From: Eledone cirrhosa
Taxonomy: Eukaryota
Assembly: GCA_964016885.1 (NCBI GenBank)
Contig: OZ024745.1
Span: forward strand, 107,012,001 to 107,076,000
Direction of reading: 5' to 3'
Length of the DNA: 64,000 nucleotides
Shown: positions 39,605 through 53,814 of the stretch, piece by piece
Layout: each line of letters begins with the position of its first letter
Numbering within the stretch: position 1 is the first letter of the stretch
Translations under genes and position numbers: made by a program
The notes under the pieces: generated by a model
What the model saw: only the letters and a program-made list of their open reading frames with translations
The model's database searches: none
Told to the model about the DNA's origin: nothing

Positions 39605-40135
39605 GTAATAATAATAATGAATTCTTTTATTAGCCACAAGGGTGCAATATATTTGGGACAATACGAGAACGAAAGCAAAGTAATGGGGTTTACATCAAAT
39701 AAAGAAAAGAGGACATCATCGAAGAGAAAACAGTAGGAAAAATCAATACAGATATTGTAATCAATGTATATACAATAAAAAGAGTATAAAATATCAATAA
39801 AGATAAGTCCCCCAATAGTAGGGGCTATACTTTAGGGTAATACTAGGGAGGAACTCCATACAAAACTCTGGATTACTCAGTTACCCCACCGATATTGAAA
39901 GAGCGTCTCCCGGTTTCTTTTCTCCAGCCTAGAGTCAGATTAGGGCCGTTCAGCCTCGGCAATCTTACCTCTTTCATCCATCTTTCTCACACTAGAAGAC
40001 AGTACCCTCAACTTCCTCTTCAAGCTGAAGACGTTAACGAGGGCTTGACCGGAGAAAGTTCTTATCTTCGAACTTTTTAGTAGAGTCCAAGATAGAGCTT
40101 TTTCGACCATATCTGCCAGACAGAAGAAGACATGG
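39605..40135 (-). mobile_element. 3' end of a Tx1/L1-like LINE
   Basis: Minus strand encodes decayed VFFCLA..WTLLK..SGQALVN..LKRKLRV and ends gtggctaataaaagaattc(att)n. Confidence 0.55.
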
Positions 40136-40289
40136 CGTGCTTACCTTCTAAAAGAAGGCGGTGCTTCATTTTTCACTATCGACCCCGAAAGCAACATCCA
40201 TCTATCTATGCAGTCAGCCAGCCAGTAAACTTACTTAGTGATCTATATATAATATTAAGAGGAATATAAAAAAAAAAAGAAAAAAAAAA

Positions 40290-40669
40290 ACAGGCACTAA
40301 GAGAACATGAAATTAATGGAACTTTCTCTACTTGTACAGTTTGTGGTAGACTCTGTCTGTCAAAGTCTGAACTTCAATCTCACACAAGAGCACACAGTAG
40401 GGCAGGACCTACTGACTACAGTAAATAAAAAGCAGTTCACCCTAAGTAATGCCACATATGCCACAAGATCTGCAAATCGCAAGGGCGAAAGAAACATTTC
40501 AAGCTTCATCAAGTTACACAGACAATCTGATCTGTACTGAAACTAATATGCAGTTGATGTAGATGGCTTTTTTAAAAATTTGTCTAAAACGCCATATTAT
40601 ACGTTCTCATGGCACAACTGATCATCATGTACACAGGAGTCATTAAGATTTGTGTTGAGCAGACAACCA

Positions 40670-40672
<3 letters not shown>
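40290..40672 (+). pseudogene. LINE (probably RTE) 3' end with tandem C2H2 zinc-finger remnants
   Basis: CTVCGRLCLSKSELQSHTRAH, then *CHICHKICKSQGRKKHFKLH, then a third broken finger; ends in (TA)n. Confidence 0.6.
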
Positions 40673-40763
<91 letters not shown>

Positions 40764-40816
40764 TCACACACATGCATATATATATATATCTATATATCTT
40801 TCTCTCTTTATCCCCG

Positions 40817-40896
<80 letters not shown>

Positions 40897-41095
40897 AAGA
40901 GACGGGGGATAAAGAGAGAAAGAGAGAGATAGAGAGAGAGAAGCGGAGAAGAGAAATGTAATGCCCAAAACTTCTGCTTTGGTACTTACTTGTCTGCATA
41001 GCTTACTCCATATTTCCATTCTTCTTATTTTCATATTTCAACATAAAAACATGCACGTAGACAATTGTACACACATATACACACACCTACACACT

Positions 41096-41126
<31 letters not shown>

Positions 41127-41919
41127 TGTGTGTGAGTGTGTAGGTGTGTGTAAATTACCTACTAAGATTTCATGTATAACAATATTAAACATGTTATATT
41201 TTGAAAACATCCATTTCATGATGAATAAAAAGAACAATATGTCTACTAACTTGCATTGAACCATGTATTTGTTATATGCAACCATATCACTAGCCTGTTG
41301 CGAAGAATTGCTGCTGCCGTCTACGTTGAACAGGTCTTTAAGTTAAACATAAACCGTATCAATCACACATATTCAATCTCGGAGGGCTTGTGGTGTTTAT
41401 GTGCACTCCCACTTCCTTTTAACTATATACATTAACTAAAGTGGGTTATGAATAAATATGTATGTGGAGTCAATTTCATATTCTAGAAGGTTAATAAACA
41501 TGTATTTGCTCTCGCTGTGAATATATATATTTACGCTATATTTATACATTTATAAATATACATTTCTGCACGGTTACCTTAACACAATGCAATGATATGC
41601 GAAAGCTCTTTAAACCCGAGTTCCATTCCTGACAAGATATTTCTATATTTCTGTTTTAAATAAACTGTATCGGTCTGAGGATGAAGTGTGTGAATAAAGA
41701 TCGCAAAACATGGTAGAAAAAGAATAAGAAAGGCTTTAATATAGCAAAAAGTGTGAGCAAGAAAAATATATAGAAGAGAGTGGGTAGAGGTAAGAAAAAG
41801 AGAGAGATAGAGAAAGACCCCCCAAAAAGAGAAAAATACACACAAATGCTTTGTAAACACAGTTATGTACTGAGGGTATTATTGTACTCTGTCACCGAAT
41901 GCAAGAGTCGATGTCTCAT

Positions 41920-42760
41920 CAGGCGGTCGGATAAAATGTTTTACAGGATCTGTTCAGGTCCTTTGCATTCAGAGTTCATATATTACCGAGGTCAACTTTG
42001 CATGTTGTCCTCCCTAGGTCAATCAAATATTATTCCATACTGGGATTGATGTTCTCGAATTTCTGCTTCTCTCAGTTATTGGTCCTTTATCAATGGTAGA
42101 AGGAAATATTATTATAATCATTATTACTGGATTGGCAGTATCGGTAGAGGATCGGACACCATGATTTCCAGCATAGAGTTACGTCCCTTTACGGCCTGAG
42201 TTCAAATCCCGCTGAGGTTAACTTTGCCTTTCATCCTTACGGGGGTCGATAAGATAAAATACCAGTAATGTACTGGGTAATTGTTGGCCTTGTGCCAAAA
42301 GTAGAAACAATTATTATTATTATTATTATTTGGGCGTTGGATTAACAATGTCGTTAGAGCTTCGGACAACATGCTTTATGGCATAGGGTTACGCTCCGTT
42401 ACGATCTGAGTTCAAATCCTGCTGAGGTTAGCTTTGCCTTTTATCCTTACGGGGTCGACGTGACAAAGTACCAGTAATGACTTTGCCCCACCTCACACCC
42501 AAAATTGTTGACCATGTGCCTAAATTAGAAACCTTTATTATTATCCCCACCAAGGCCAATCCAAGGGCGGTGGATTGGCAGTATAGGTAGAGAGTCGGAC
42601 GCCATGCTTTCCAGCATAGTTACGTCCCTTTACGGTCTGAGTTCAAATCCCGTCGAGGTTAACTTTGCCTTTCATCCTTACGGGGTCGATAAAATAAAGT
42701 ACCAGTAATGTACTGGGTAATTGCTGGCCTTGTGCCAAATGTAGAAACAATTATTATTAT
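41920..42760 (+). mobile_element. Four same-orientation SINE copies
   Basis: ~41920-42110 (old), 42128-42315, 42332-42540, 42565-42760 (full length). Confidence 0.9.
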
Positions 42761-42915
42761 CCCCACCACCACCATCATCATCATCATCATCATCATATAT
42801 TTTCAGGGTACTCAGTGAGCAGAGATTTGGGCTGCTCTGACTCAATCTATCTAGCAGTTTCTATAATGCGAAATTTTATTCCTGTTTCATAATTCCATCT
42901 TGTGTTAATTATTGG

Positions 42916-42955
<40 letters not shown>

Positions 42956-43252
42956 TCACACTCACACACACACACATATATATGTATATACTCACTTCAC
43001 GCTACATTTCATATTTTGAATTATTTCCCCTACCCACGTACTATGTAACTCTGTGTAGCCTCACATGTATTGTAAATTATATTTTTATAACGTCCGTTGT
43101 GAGCAATTCGTATAATAAAAAAATCATTATCATTAATTAATTCTAATTGAACCGATATCTCATCAAAGGCTTTCTAGCTAATGACGATCTTCTCTTACCG
43201 GATGTATATGGCTACACTACCTAACATATCGGTTTGAAATTTCTAAGATAAT

Positions 43253-43436
43253 TGTTTCTACTTTAGGCACAAGGCCAGCAATTACCCAGTACATTACTGG
43301 TACTCTATTTTATCGACCCAGTGAGGATGAAAAGCAAAGTCAACCTCGGCGGATTTGAACTCAGATCGTAAAGGGACGTAACTATGCTAGAAGGCATGGC
43401 GTCCAACCCTGTACCGATATTGCCAATTCATCGCCC
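43253..43436 (-). mobile_element. Full-length SINE with 18-bp TSD
   Basis: tgaaatttctaagataat at 43235-43252 and 43437-43454. Confidence 0.93.
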
Positions 43437-43794
43437 TGAAATTTCTAAGATAATGAAGTGTAATCTCATGGAGATTTAGATGCTATTTCTTGCACTTACA
43501 ATGACCATGTAGAGGCTCTCCTACCACTCCGAAACATATTTCGTATAGTATTTAGTTTACAGATGTTGAACAGCATTGATCTCACCAGTCTCAAAGGGCA
43601 AGCAATGGTTATGAGCTTAGACCCTTCCCACTCACTGAGCTATTAAATGGCGTGATTATTGTTATTGCATATTGGTCAATCTGACCACAGAAAAGCAATT
43701 AATATATCCAATTGCACACACCCATAAATTTACACGTTCATATATACATATATACACTCACACATACAAACACACATTCATACATACAAACGTA

Positions 43795-43829
<35 letters not shown>

Positions 43830-43904
43830 TATATATGCACTACGTTTGTATGTATGAATGTGTGTTTGTATGTGTGAGTGTATATATATGTATGTGTAAA
43901 TAAC

Positions 43905-44018
<114 letters not shown>

Positions 44019-44019
44019 C

Positions 44020-44099
<80 letters not shown>

Positions 44100-44182
44100 A
44101 TATACGCATATAGAGAGAAATACATACGTACATACAAGCATGAATACATACATACATACAAACGTAGTACACACAAACACAC

Positions 44183-44246
<64 letters not shown>

Positions 44247-44374
44247 ATATATATATATATATATATATATGTACATACATATGTACATACATGTGTGTAT
44301 GTATGTATGTGTGTGTGTATGTATGTACGTATGTACGAATGTATATATCTCTCTACATATGTATGTACATACAT

Positions 44375-44405
<31 letters not shown>

Positions 44406-44463
44406 TATACATCCATACATACATATGTAGAGAGATACAAACATTCGTACATTCGTACATACG

Positions 44464-44565
<102 letters not shown>

Positions 44566-44601
44566 TACACACATACATACACACATACATACATACATAC
44601 A

Positions 44602-44632
<31 letters not shown>

Positions 44633-44869
44633 GTGCGTGCGTACATGCACACAGTCAAGTCAAGCAAGTGCATAGCAACACATGTTCCAAATCATTTAGA
44701 GGCAGAAGCCTGCTGGACATCGATCATTGTGTAGCCAATTCAATATTTTATTTATGCCATATTTTAGATGAGATGCCGAAACCATGGGTAATTATAGTGG
44801 GGGAGGAGGGGGGTCATCTCAGCAGTTGGTGTTGCAAGAACGAACTTATGAATTTATAAACAAGGCGGT

Positions 44870-46025
44870 CATAGCAATGATGGTAATGATAACTATGATG
44901 TTGATGATGATGATCGAAATCACGGTTATTAATAATGGCGGTGGGGGCGGGAGGGCGGTGTTGATCCTGTTGGCTGTGATGATACCGATGAGGACGATGT
45001 TGATGACGACGATGATGATGATGACGATGATGATGATGATGATAATGATGATAATGATTATTATGAAGTTGATGATGATGATCGGATTGACGGTTATTAA
45101 TAATGGCGGTGGGGGGCGGTGGCGGGGGTGGGAGGGCGGTGTTGATCCTGTTGGCTGTGATGATGCCGATGAGGACGATGTTGATGACGGCGATGATGAT
45201 GATGATGATGATGAGGATGATGATGATTATTATGATGTTGATGATGATGATCGGAATGACGGTTATTAATAATGGCGGTGGGGGGCGGTGGCGGGGCGGG
45301 AGAGGCGGTGTTGATCCTGTTGGCTGTGATGATGCCGATGAGGACGATGTTGATGACGGCGATGATGATGATGATGATGATGAGGATGATGATGATTATT
45401 ATGATGTTGATGATGATGATCGGAATGACGGTTATTAATAATGGCGGTGGGGGGCGGTGGCGGGGGTGGGAGGGCGGTGTTGATCCTGTTGGCTGTGATG
45501 ATGCCGATGAGGACGATGTTGATGACGGCGATGATGATGATGATGATGATGATGATTATTATTATGATGTTGATGATGATGATCGGAATGACGGTTATTA
45601 ATAATGGCGGTGGGGGCGGGTGGGTGGTGTTGATCCTGTTGGCTGTGATGATGCCGATGAGGACGATGTTGATGACGGCGATGATGATGATGATGATGAT
45701 GATGATTATTATTATGATGTTGATGATGATGATCGGAATGACGGTTATTAATAATGGCGGTGGGGGTGGGAGGGCGGTGTTGATCCTGTTGGCTGTGATG
45801 ATGCCGATGAGGACGATGTTGTTGACGGCGATGATGATGATGACGATGATGATAATGATTATTATGAAGTTGATGATGATGGTCGGAATGACGGTTATTA
45901 ATAATGGCGGTGGGGGGCGGTGGCGGGGGTGGGAGGGCGGTGTTGATCCTGTTGGCTGTGATGATGCCGATGAGGACGATGTTGATGACGACGACGACGA
46001 TGTTGATGACGATGATGATGATGAT
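44870..46025. repeat. Minisatellite, ~150-170-bp unit, seven copies, with G-runs and (GAT)n
   Basis: cggttattaataatggcgg recurs at about 44922, 45091, 45260, 45430, 45592, 45742, 45892. Confidence 0.95.
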
Positions 46026-46026
46026 G

Positions 46027-46245
46027 ATAATTGTTTCTACTTTTGGCACAAGGCCAGCAATTACCCCCAGTGCATTACTGGTACTTTATTTTATCGAACC
46101 CCTCCCCTCTCCTACTCTGTCCGTAAAGATGAAAGGCAAAGTTAACCTCGGCGGGATTTAAACTCAGTCCGTCCGTAAAGGGACGTAACTTTATGCTGCA
46201 AACTCATGGCGTCCGACCTTCTACCGATACTGCCAATTCACCACC
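46027..46245 (-). mobile_element. SINE copy inserted in (GAT)n
   Basis: Matches the main SINE, with small insertions. Confidence 0.85.
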
Positions 46246-46394
46246 ATGATGATGATGATGATGGCAATGATGTTATGTGATGTTAATGCTGGCAATTACG
46301 GTGGTGATGATGACGATGGTGACGATGATGATGATGATGACGATTCTCATATGATTACTATATGATGATGATGATGATTATGATGATGATAGTT

Positions 46395-46457
<63 letters not shown>

Positions 46458-47206
46458 ATGATGTAAACTACGATGATGATAATGGCGAAAAATGTTGATT
46501 ATACAAATAATTACCATGCTGCAAGTTGATGAGTTTGACAGTAAAAGAAGTTAAGGACAACAACAACAACAACAACAACAACAACGTCTGCAACATTAAT
46601 AGCAGACTTTCAATAGGGTAGCCTCTCTTCGATAACCTTGACTTGCTAGACACACCAGCCAAATGTCCTTGCAATAAAATCCTAATGCCTTAAATATAAA
46701 GGAGTATATTTAGCATTAGAGTCTCCAATATACACAATGGTTGGATATTTACAATGGGAATCTCTATAATAATAGTTCTGATGGAACAACAAAAGCATAA
46801 GTCGTCTTTGTCTAGTACATAGTACTGGTAAAGACTATCCCTCTATGAGGAAGACTAATTATACTGAAACATATTTGGAGTTGTCCTTCTTTTGCCAGTA
46901 TCAGTCTAATTCTCACTTGCATTGCCCACATTCTATTTTTAAATAATTGTAATTAGCATTTCGGACTTCACCGCAGGTAAAATTTTAATTACATGAAGTT
47001 TATTGGCTTCCCACATTAAATGTTTAGCATATATATATATATATATATAAAATGTGAAGACTAAAATCCAAAGAGGGCTCGATAAGGGTAAATATATACC
47101 AAATATATAAGGACCCTAGAGCAAATATTTATTAAAATAACAGATTAAAGTTTAAGCAAAGAATTGCTGCTTTCACCCTTAACGGGATCTTTGTGTTACT
47201 TAAATA

Positions 47207-47310
<104 letters not shown>

Positions 47311-47331
47311 GAGAGAGAGAGAGATCTTTTT

Positions 47332-47700
47332 TTTTAAATACAGAATGACCAACAGGTGGATCCTCTAAAGTAATTTAAAATAAGAAAAACTTCACCGGGG
47401 CAGAGTCTCAGTTAAGCAACCTAAAGCTATGGCGCTTACAAAAACTGACCCTTACAAAAGCACAGAATGACCGAGGGGCAGATCCTTTCTTATAATAATA
47501 ATCACACCCACACATCCCGCCATATGATTGAGTCCTTCTGGTAGAATCGACTACCTTAATATATTGAGATGGTCAGTTCTGTTCTTTTGTTCATGAAACT
47601 GCAGTAAGGGGAACTTTTGTTGAGCCCTATAGCTTTATTTTTTCCTTGTTTTAGGTTGCTTTACCGAGATCTACCCATCGGTCATTCTGTATTTTTGTTT
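47332..47700. mobile_element. MITE-like element with imperfect inverted ends
   Basis: aaatacagaatgacc ... ggtcattctgtattt; inner taaagctat / atagcttta pair. Confidence 0.5.
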
Positions 47701-47826
47701 AAGATATTTCTATATGTATACGCTTCTCTGAATTAGATTTTTTTAGCTATCTTTTTTATCAAGATGTTAGTATATTACTGACAAATTTTACTTAAATATG
47801 GTATATATATATATATCATGTTTTAT

Positions 47827-47904
47827 ATTGCCTCGTCTGACGAACGAATGAATACGCTTCTTTCGTATTCGCCTCATTCGGGAAACCTCTGGTAATGAGG
47901 TAAT
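47827..47904 (+). ncRNA. Type I hammerhead ribozyme motif
   Basis: 10-bp stem I attgcctcgt/atgaggtaat (2 GU); CTGACGA 47837-47843; stem II cgaatga..atacg/cgtat..tcattcg; GAAA 47882-47885; stem III cc-tct-gg; GUA triplet; (TA)n flanks. Confidence 0.85.
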
Positions 47905-48004
47905 TATATTGTATTGATTTTTATACATTAAATTTTGCTCTGATACTTACATAGAGCACTCTTCACTTCTATGACCTTTTCTGTTTTCAACGGAAATTTC
48001 AATA

Positions 48005-48040
<36 letters not shown>

Positions 48041-48043
<3 letters not shown>

Positions 48044-48230
48044 CGAAGGAATTGTGGTAAGGAAACAGATGGACCATAACGCACCAGAGTTCTCAATACT
48101 TAGGGTAGTAGAGTGGGTAATAGGAAAAGGTATGACCCCGACGGCAGAGCTCAAGCCGTTTCGACGGCTATTTCCAGAAATAGCCATCGAAACGGCTTGA
48201 GCTCTGCCGTCGAGGTCATACCTTTTCCTA
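48041..48230 (-). mobile_element. Hairpin-headed short element between (TA)n tracts
   Basis: 110-bp hairpin 48121-48230 (centre 48175.5) plus the family-specific arm 48041-48120. Confidence 0.8.
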
Positions 48231-48384
48231 TATATATATATATATATATATATAAATATAAATTTAGTGAGAATCGCATTCGGCGGGTAGAAAAAGCAGA
48301 AAAACCGTCCTCCAAGTAGTTTTCTGCTGGCATATTGGTATTATACGCCAATATATATAAATTGAAAAGTAAATTGACAATATC

Positions 48385-49010
48385 TTCTTCTTCACTCACT
48401 TATTTCTGAGATGGTCTTGGGCGTAGAGTCCTTCTCAAACATTCCTTCCAGCGAGTCTGTCAGTAGCAAACATCCCTAACTGATCCAGCTGGATCCCAAA
48501 GCGTGACCAGCCAAGCTCATAGATATTATCCAACTATCTTGCTCAGGGTCTATCTCTGGGTCTCTTGCCGGTTGGTTTTGCATGTAAAATGTGTCCAGCG
48601 ATTCTTTATTGAGACATTCTAACCACATGCTCATAATATCGGAGTTGGTATCCCTCAATTCGGAGAAGTAGCGGCTCTACCCGGAGTGACTCTCTGGTCT
48701 CTGAGTTATGCACTTTTTCGAGTAACGTTACTGCAAAGACCTTTCGGAGGAACCCCATTTCTGCCACTTTTATTTGCAATTGTATTCTTGTGGTCATTAC
48801 TCAAGATTCATGATCCTCGGTACGAGTTGGCAGGAATACCAGGAAGACAGCAAGTTTGGGTTTTACACCTACCCTCTTCATCTGATTGCTGAATGCTGAG
48901 ACTGGCGCATTACTGCATCAGGTTTTGCAACTATTGCACTTAATTCAGCCTCCTGCATTCCATGACTCATGAACACGGCTCCAAGATACTTGAACATCTC
49001 TAACTGCTTC
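48385..49010 (-). pseudogene. RTE-clade LINE 3' fragment
   Basis: AEMGFLRKV..VTLLEKVHNSETRESLRVEPLLLRIE..QLRYYEHVVRM; short (gaa)n tail near 48385. Confidence 0.8.
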
Positions 49011-49199
49011 ATGTACATAGATTTGAGGGACTTCTGTCCACCCGTCCATCACGCAATGTTTATGTGTGAATGTATGTGTGTGTAAAAGGAAGGAAAGGGA
49101 TACACACATATAAGTGTCTAACTTCAAAACAGTGACACACACACACGTTTTTCTAATTTAGAACGCCGACAAATTCATGCGCACACATACACAGACTGT

Positions 49200-49660
49200 C
49201 CTATTAGTACTTAAGAGCTTTGACCTCGGCAAACATCCCCTCAATTTTGGAACCATCTGGGTTGTCCTGAATTGATGGGAAAAGACTTGACAGTCTTACT
49301 CTGTGCTCCTAGTAAAGAGTCAAGAGCCTTACCTGGGACATCACAGTTAGTGACTCTTTTGCTTCTTCACTCATCCTGGATGCAACGTTAAGGGCGAGAT
49401 CTACAGCATCCGCAGCTGAACGGAACAAAATCCTAAAATACCGTGTTATGTCAGCTAACTACATTATCCAGCCTGTGGCGTTCGAGACGTTTGAGGGAGT
49501 CGGGCTACTGATAGCGAGGCGAGATTCTTATCTTCACTGGCGGCTCGCCTAACAGAGGTAACTGGTGATGCTCGTGAGGGCACTTGGTTGTTCCAACACT
49601 CCAACGTCGCCATCACCCCAGGTAACGAGCGTGTTGGCCTGCCTCAAAAATTATTAGAGA
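49200..49660 (+). pseudogene. CRE-like non-LTR element restriction-like endonuclease fragment
   Basis: EPSGL..DGKRLD.LTL..WDITVSDSFA..AERNKILKY..QPVAFETF..TGDARE..LFQ...GN. Confidence 0.75.
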
Positions 49661-50327
49661 GGTTTCCCAGTGCTCCTCGCTATATTGCTATCTTTTGCTC
49701 TGGTAGCGGCTCGTTATTCCACTTTTTCGTCTGCATATTGTTCTATGGAGTCTAAGATGTGTGTATTACGTGCTTGTGTATTTTTTCTCGTTCTTTTTTT
49801 CCTTTCCCTTCCCTTTGTATATATTATATTGAATTGGCAGTATTGCTAGAGGGTCGGACGCCATGCTTTCCAGCATAATTACGTCCCTTTACGGTCTGAG
49901 TTCAAATCCCGCCGAGGTTAACTTTGCCTAAAAAAAAATTCGCAGTGCATACTATATGTACCTTTACTGCGGTTTCATGCTCCAGAATAAACGGAAAATC
50001 CAAGCGGATTTCCATTGAGAAGGGAGCAATCTTCAGAAGGCTCCTCTCCCTCGGAGAATATAAAATTCCCGAGTTCAAATCACAAACTGACGCCATACAA
50101 AACCATTCCGAAATGAGAGCGAATGTTGAAAGAAATAATTCTGTCTGGTGCCGTGTGCAAAGACCAAAGGCAGGGTGGACAGGTCAATGTCCTGCCACTA
50201 GAAATAGCAGCAGTCCAAACGGCCAAAATTTGATCTCTAATAATAAAGTATAAAATCCTACGTGTAAAAAATACATATAGGGAAACAAGTATTATCCAAC
50301 CGTATGCCAAAGCGGTTATATGGCGGG

Positions 50328-50374
<47 letters not shown>

Positions 50375-51229
50375 AATATATAGTTACATCTCAACTGACT
50401 GCAGCAAAGCCACAAATATATGCTTGTACATACATGGAGACACAGAAACAATATATCTATCGTGTAAAAAACACTAGTTAAAGTTAAAGTAACCTAGAGA
50501 ATATAACAAGAACCAATGAACAATGGTTATATAAACTAGCTAGTAAACTAAGCCATAGGAAAATACCGAAAATATATTTAATACAAGGGTACAACATGAT
50601 ATCTGTGGTGTTTTCTATACAACACAAACGCACACCCATCCATATATGTTTTTATGGCATTAATCCTATCGGATAGGACTTAAAAATGAAGATTTTCATC
50701 AAAATATAGAAACAAATGTAACATTTAAAGTAAGATATTTTGTATCTAGCCACTGATCCAAATGTAATACAAGATGTTATATATTTGAAGGAGACTCGTG
50801 TATGAAATGCAGTGAACTGAATACTTTTAAATAATGGAGACTGTACTCGAAATCTGAGAATGCGACCTTACTGTACCAACGTCCAAAATACTAAAGCAAC
50901 AAATGGAGGTAAGGAGATATCTCTGACAATATAGAATTATTCCAAATGTTGGCAAACAAGAACACTGCAATATGGAATGGGTTTCCAACACACAAGTATA
51001 CATACATACATACATACATACATACATACATACATACATACATACATACATACATAAATACATACATACAAACATACATACATATATATATATATACGTA
51101 CATACATACGTACATAAATACATACGTACACACATACATACATAAATACATACATACACACATACATATATACATACATATATACGTACATACATACATG
51201 CATACATACATATACACATACATACATAG

Positions 51230-51810
51230 TTGAGTGGCAAGACGTTTAGAAAGTAGTTCGAACTGGGATCGTGTTATCGGACAAAAAAATACGGATTTGT
51301 TATAGAATATGTGGAGTTATCTCTCGGAAGCTGAGGTCACAAAAGCAGTCAAAGATCTTAAATGTGACAAGGCCGCAGAGAAAGATGAAACCCGGCCTGA
51401 GATGTTTAAATAGAGGCATTCTCTGGCTGACCCTTGTGAGCCGGGTGGCCTGGATATTTGTAAATTGTACCTAATCAATAGTAATCGGGAGTGATTGACA
51501 TGCGCAGCCGGGCTGGAAGTGATATCACGACAGGCGGGTGTAAAATCAGTCGGATGGAATTTGCAGACGACATAGTGTTACTTAACTCGTAAGAAGGTGA
51601 TATCCCACTTGCATTTGATAGCTTTGATTCCGAGCGGGGCATGGCTGGAATGAAAATTAGAGACACTCGTCCTCCCAAGGAAGCCTGCGCAGTGGACTCT
51701 ACATGAATTACACTGAAGCAGGTGGAAAAATTCAGGTATTTCGGGGTCGTATTCACATTGCTCAACTCAAGAAAAGGTGAACAATCACAGCGAGCAGGAC
51801 TAAGTCCCGG
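51230..51810 (+). pseudogene. Decayed RTE-clade RT fragments
   Basis: GILWLT.V.RVAW, FADDIVLL, AGMKI and LKQVEKFRYFGVVFT motifs across frames. Confidence 0.7.
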
Positions 51811-51816
51811 TGATGT

Positions 51817-51853
<37 letters not shown>

Positions 51854-51857
<4 letters not shown>

Positions 51858-52022
51858 AAAAAGTATGGCCCCAACGGCAGAGCTCAAGCCCTGTCGACGG
51901 CTATTTCTGGACGCTCTGCCGTCGAGGTCATACTATTTCCTATTACCCACTCTTCTACCCTAAGTATTGAGTACTCTTGTGCGTTATGGTCCATCTGGTT
52001 CGTTACCACAACTCCTTCGTTA
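51854..52022 (+). mobile_element. Hairpin-headed short element, internally deleted copy
   Basis: Matches 48041-48230. Confidence 0.75.
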
Positions 52023-52077
<55 letters not shown>

Positions 52078-52186
52078 ATATATATATATATATAAACTAT
52101 AATAAAGGAAGGTCTGCGGGACTGCGTACGGTTTATTTCTTTTAATCCAGTTAGTAAAATAAATTGGATTACTTTGAATAAATAAT

Positions 52187-52303
52187 TGTTTCTACTTTTG
52201 GCAAAAGGCCAGCAATTATCCCAGTGTATTACTGGTACTTTATTTTATCGACCCCCGGAAGGATGAAAGGCAAAGTTAACCTCGGCGGGATTTGAACTCA
52301 GAT
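52187..52303 (-). mobile_element. 5'-truncated SINE with TSD
   Basis: actttgaataaataat repeated at ~52171 and ~52305. Confidence 0.88.
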
Positions 52304-52827
52304 CACTTTGAATAAATAATGTCCTAAATTTCGAAACTAAATTTCGTATTTATAAATAATTTAAAATTGACTTCTTTTCAAATTTTCATTCACATTTCTA
52401 CACTTCCGGTATATCGACGCCACCACCACCACCACTTCAACTACCATATATATATATAGAAAGAGAGAGTGTGTGATGAGAGAGATAGAGAGATTATGAT
52501 TTTCTCCACGTGAGGGTATGAGTGTGCGCATACATCTATATGTATGAGTATATAACTATTATGGTTATATAACTATAATCGCGCAAACACAAACTCATAA
52601 AAATAGATGTTCGGTGAAATGGAAATGGGAGGGTAAAACAAGTATAACGTTTTATTTATTTATTAACTCTTTATTTATTTATTAACTCTTTTTTTTTAAA
52701 ATCATTTAATATAATGATTACAGAACGAAAACATTGACAAATATAATTGTTTCTACTTTTGGCACAAGGCCAGCAAATACCCCAGTGTATTACTGGTACT
52801 TTATTTTATCGACCCCGTAAGGATGAA

Positions 52828-53814
52828 AGGCAAAGTTAGCCTTGGTGGGATTTGAACTCAGATGGTAAAGGGACGTAACTCTATGCTACAAAGCATGGCA
52901 TCCGACCCTCTACCGATACTGCCAATTCAATATAATATATACAAAGGAAAGGGAAAGGAAAAAAAGAACGAGAAACAATACACAAGCACGTAATACACAC
53001 ATCTTAGACCCCATAGAACAAAATGCAGACGAAAAAGTGGAATAACGAGCCGCTACCAGAGCAAAAGATAGCAATATAGCGAGGAGCACTGGGAAACCTC
53101 TCTAATAATTTTTGAGGATGGCCAGCATGCTCGCAGCGTTACCTGGGGTGATGGCGACGTTGGGGTGTTGGAACAACCAAGTGCCCTCACGAGCATCACC
53201 AGTTACCTCTGTTTGGCGAGCCGCCAGTGAAGATAAGAATCTCGCCTCGCTGTCAGTAGCCCGACTCCCCCCAAACGTCTCGAACGCCACAGGCTGGATA
53301 ATGTAATTAGCTGACATAACACGGTATTTTAGGATTTTGTTCCGTTCAGCTGCGGATGCTGTAGATCTCGCCCTTAACGTTGCATCCAGGATGAGGGAAG
53401 AAGCAAAAGAGTCACTAACTGTGATGTCCCAGGTAAGGCACCTGCCTCTTGACTAGGAGCACAGAGTAAGACCGTCAAGTCTTTTCCCATCAATTCAGGA
53501 CAACCCAGATAGTTCCAAAATTGAGGGGATGTTTGCCGAGGCCAAAGCTCTTAACTGGTAATAGAACAGTGTGTGTATGTGCGCGCGCATGAGTTTGTCG
53601 GCGTTCCTAAATTAGAGACACGTGTGAGTGTGTCACTGTTTTGAAGTTAGACACTTATATGTGTGTGTCCCTTTCCTTCCTTTTACACACACATACATTC
53701 ACACATAAACATTGCATGATGGACGGGTGGACAGAAGTCCCTCAAATTTATATACATGTGAATGGAGTTCTACTGAAGCAGTTAGAGAAACTCAAATATC
53801 TTGGAGCCGTGTTC
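52828..53814 (-). repeat. Inverted duplicate of 48971-49929 (RTE piece + CRE-like RLE piece + SINE head)
   Basis: Colinear reverse-complement match including element junctions; ORF 53102-53317 is the RLE C-terminus. Confidence 0.9.

Noticed and set aside
40290-40672. Host C2H2 zinc-finger gene exon
   Set aside because: Contains stops, lacks TGEKP linkers, and resembles the C-terminal fingers of LINE ORFs.
42565-42660. tRNA gene
   Set aside because: A and B boxes are present but it is the head of a high-copy SINE and I could not form a cloverleaf.
50250-50332. piggyBac-like end (...ggcgggTTAA)
   Set aside because: No matching opposite terminal repeat found in the window.
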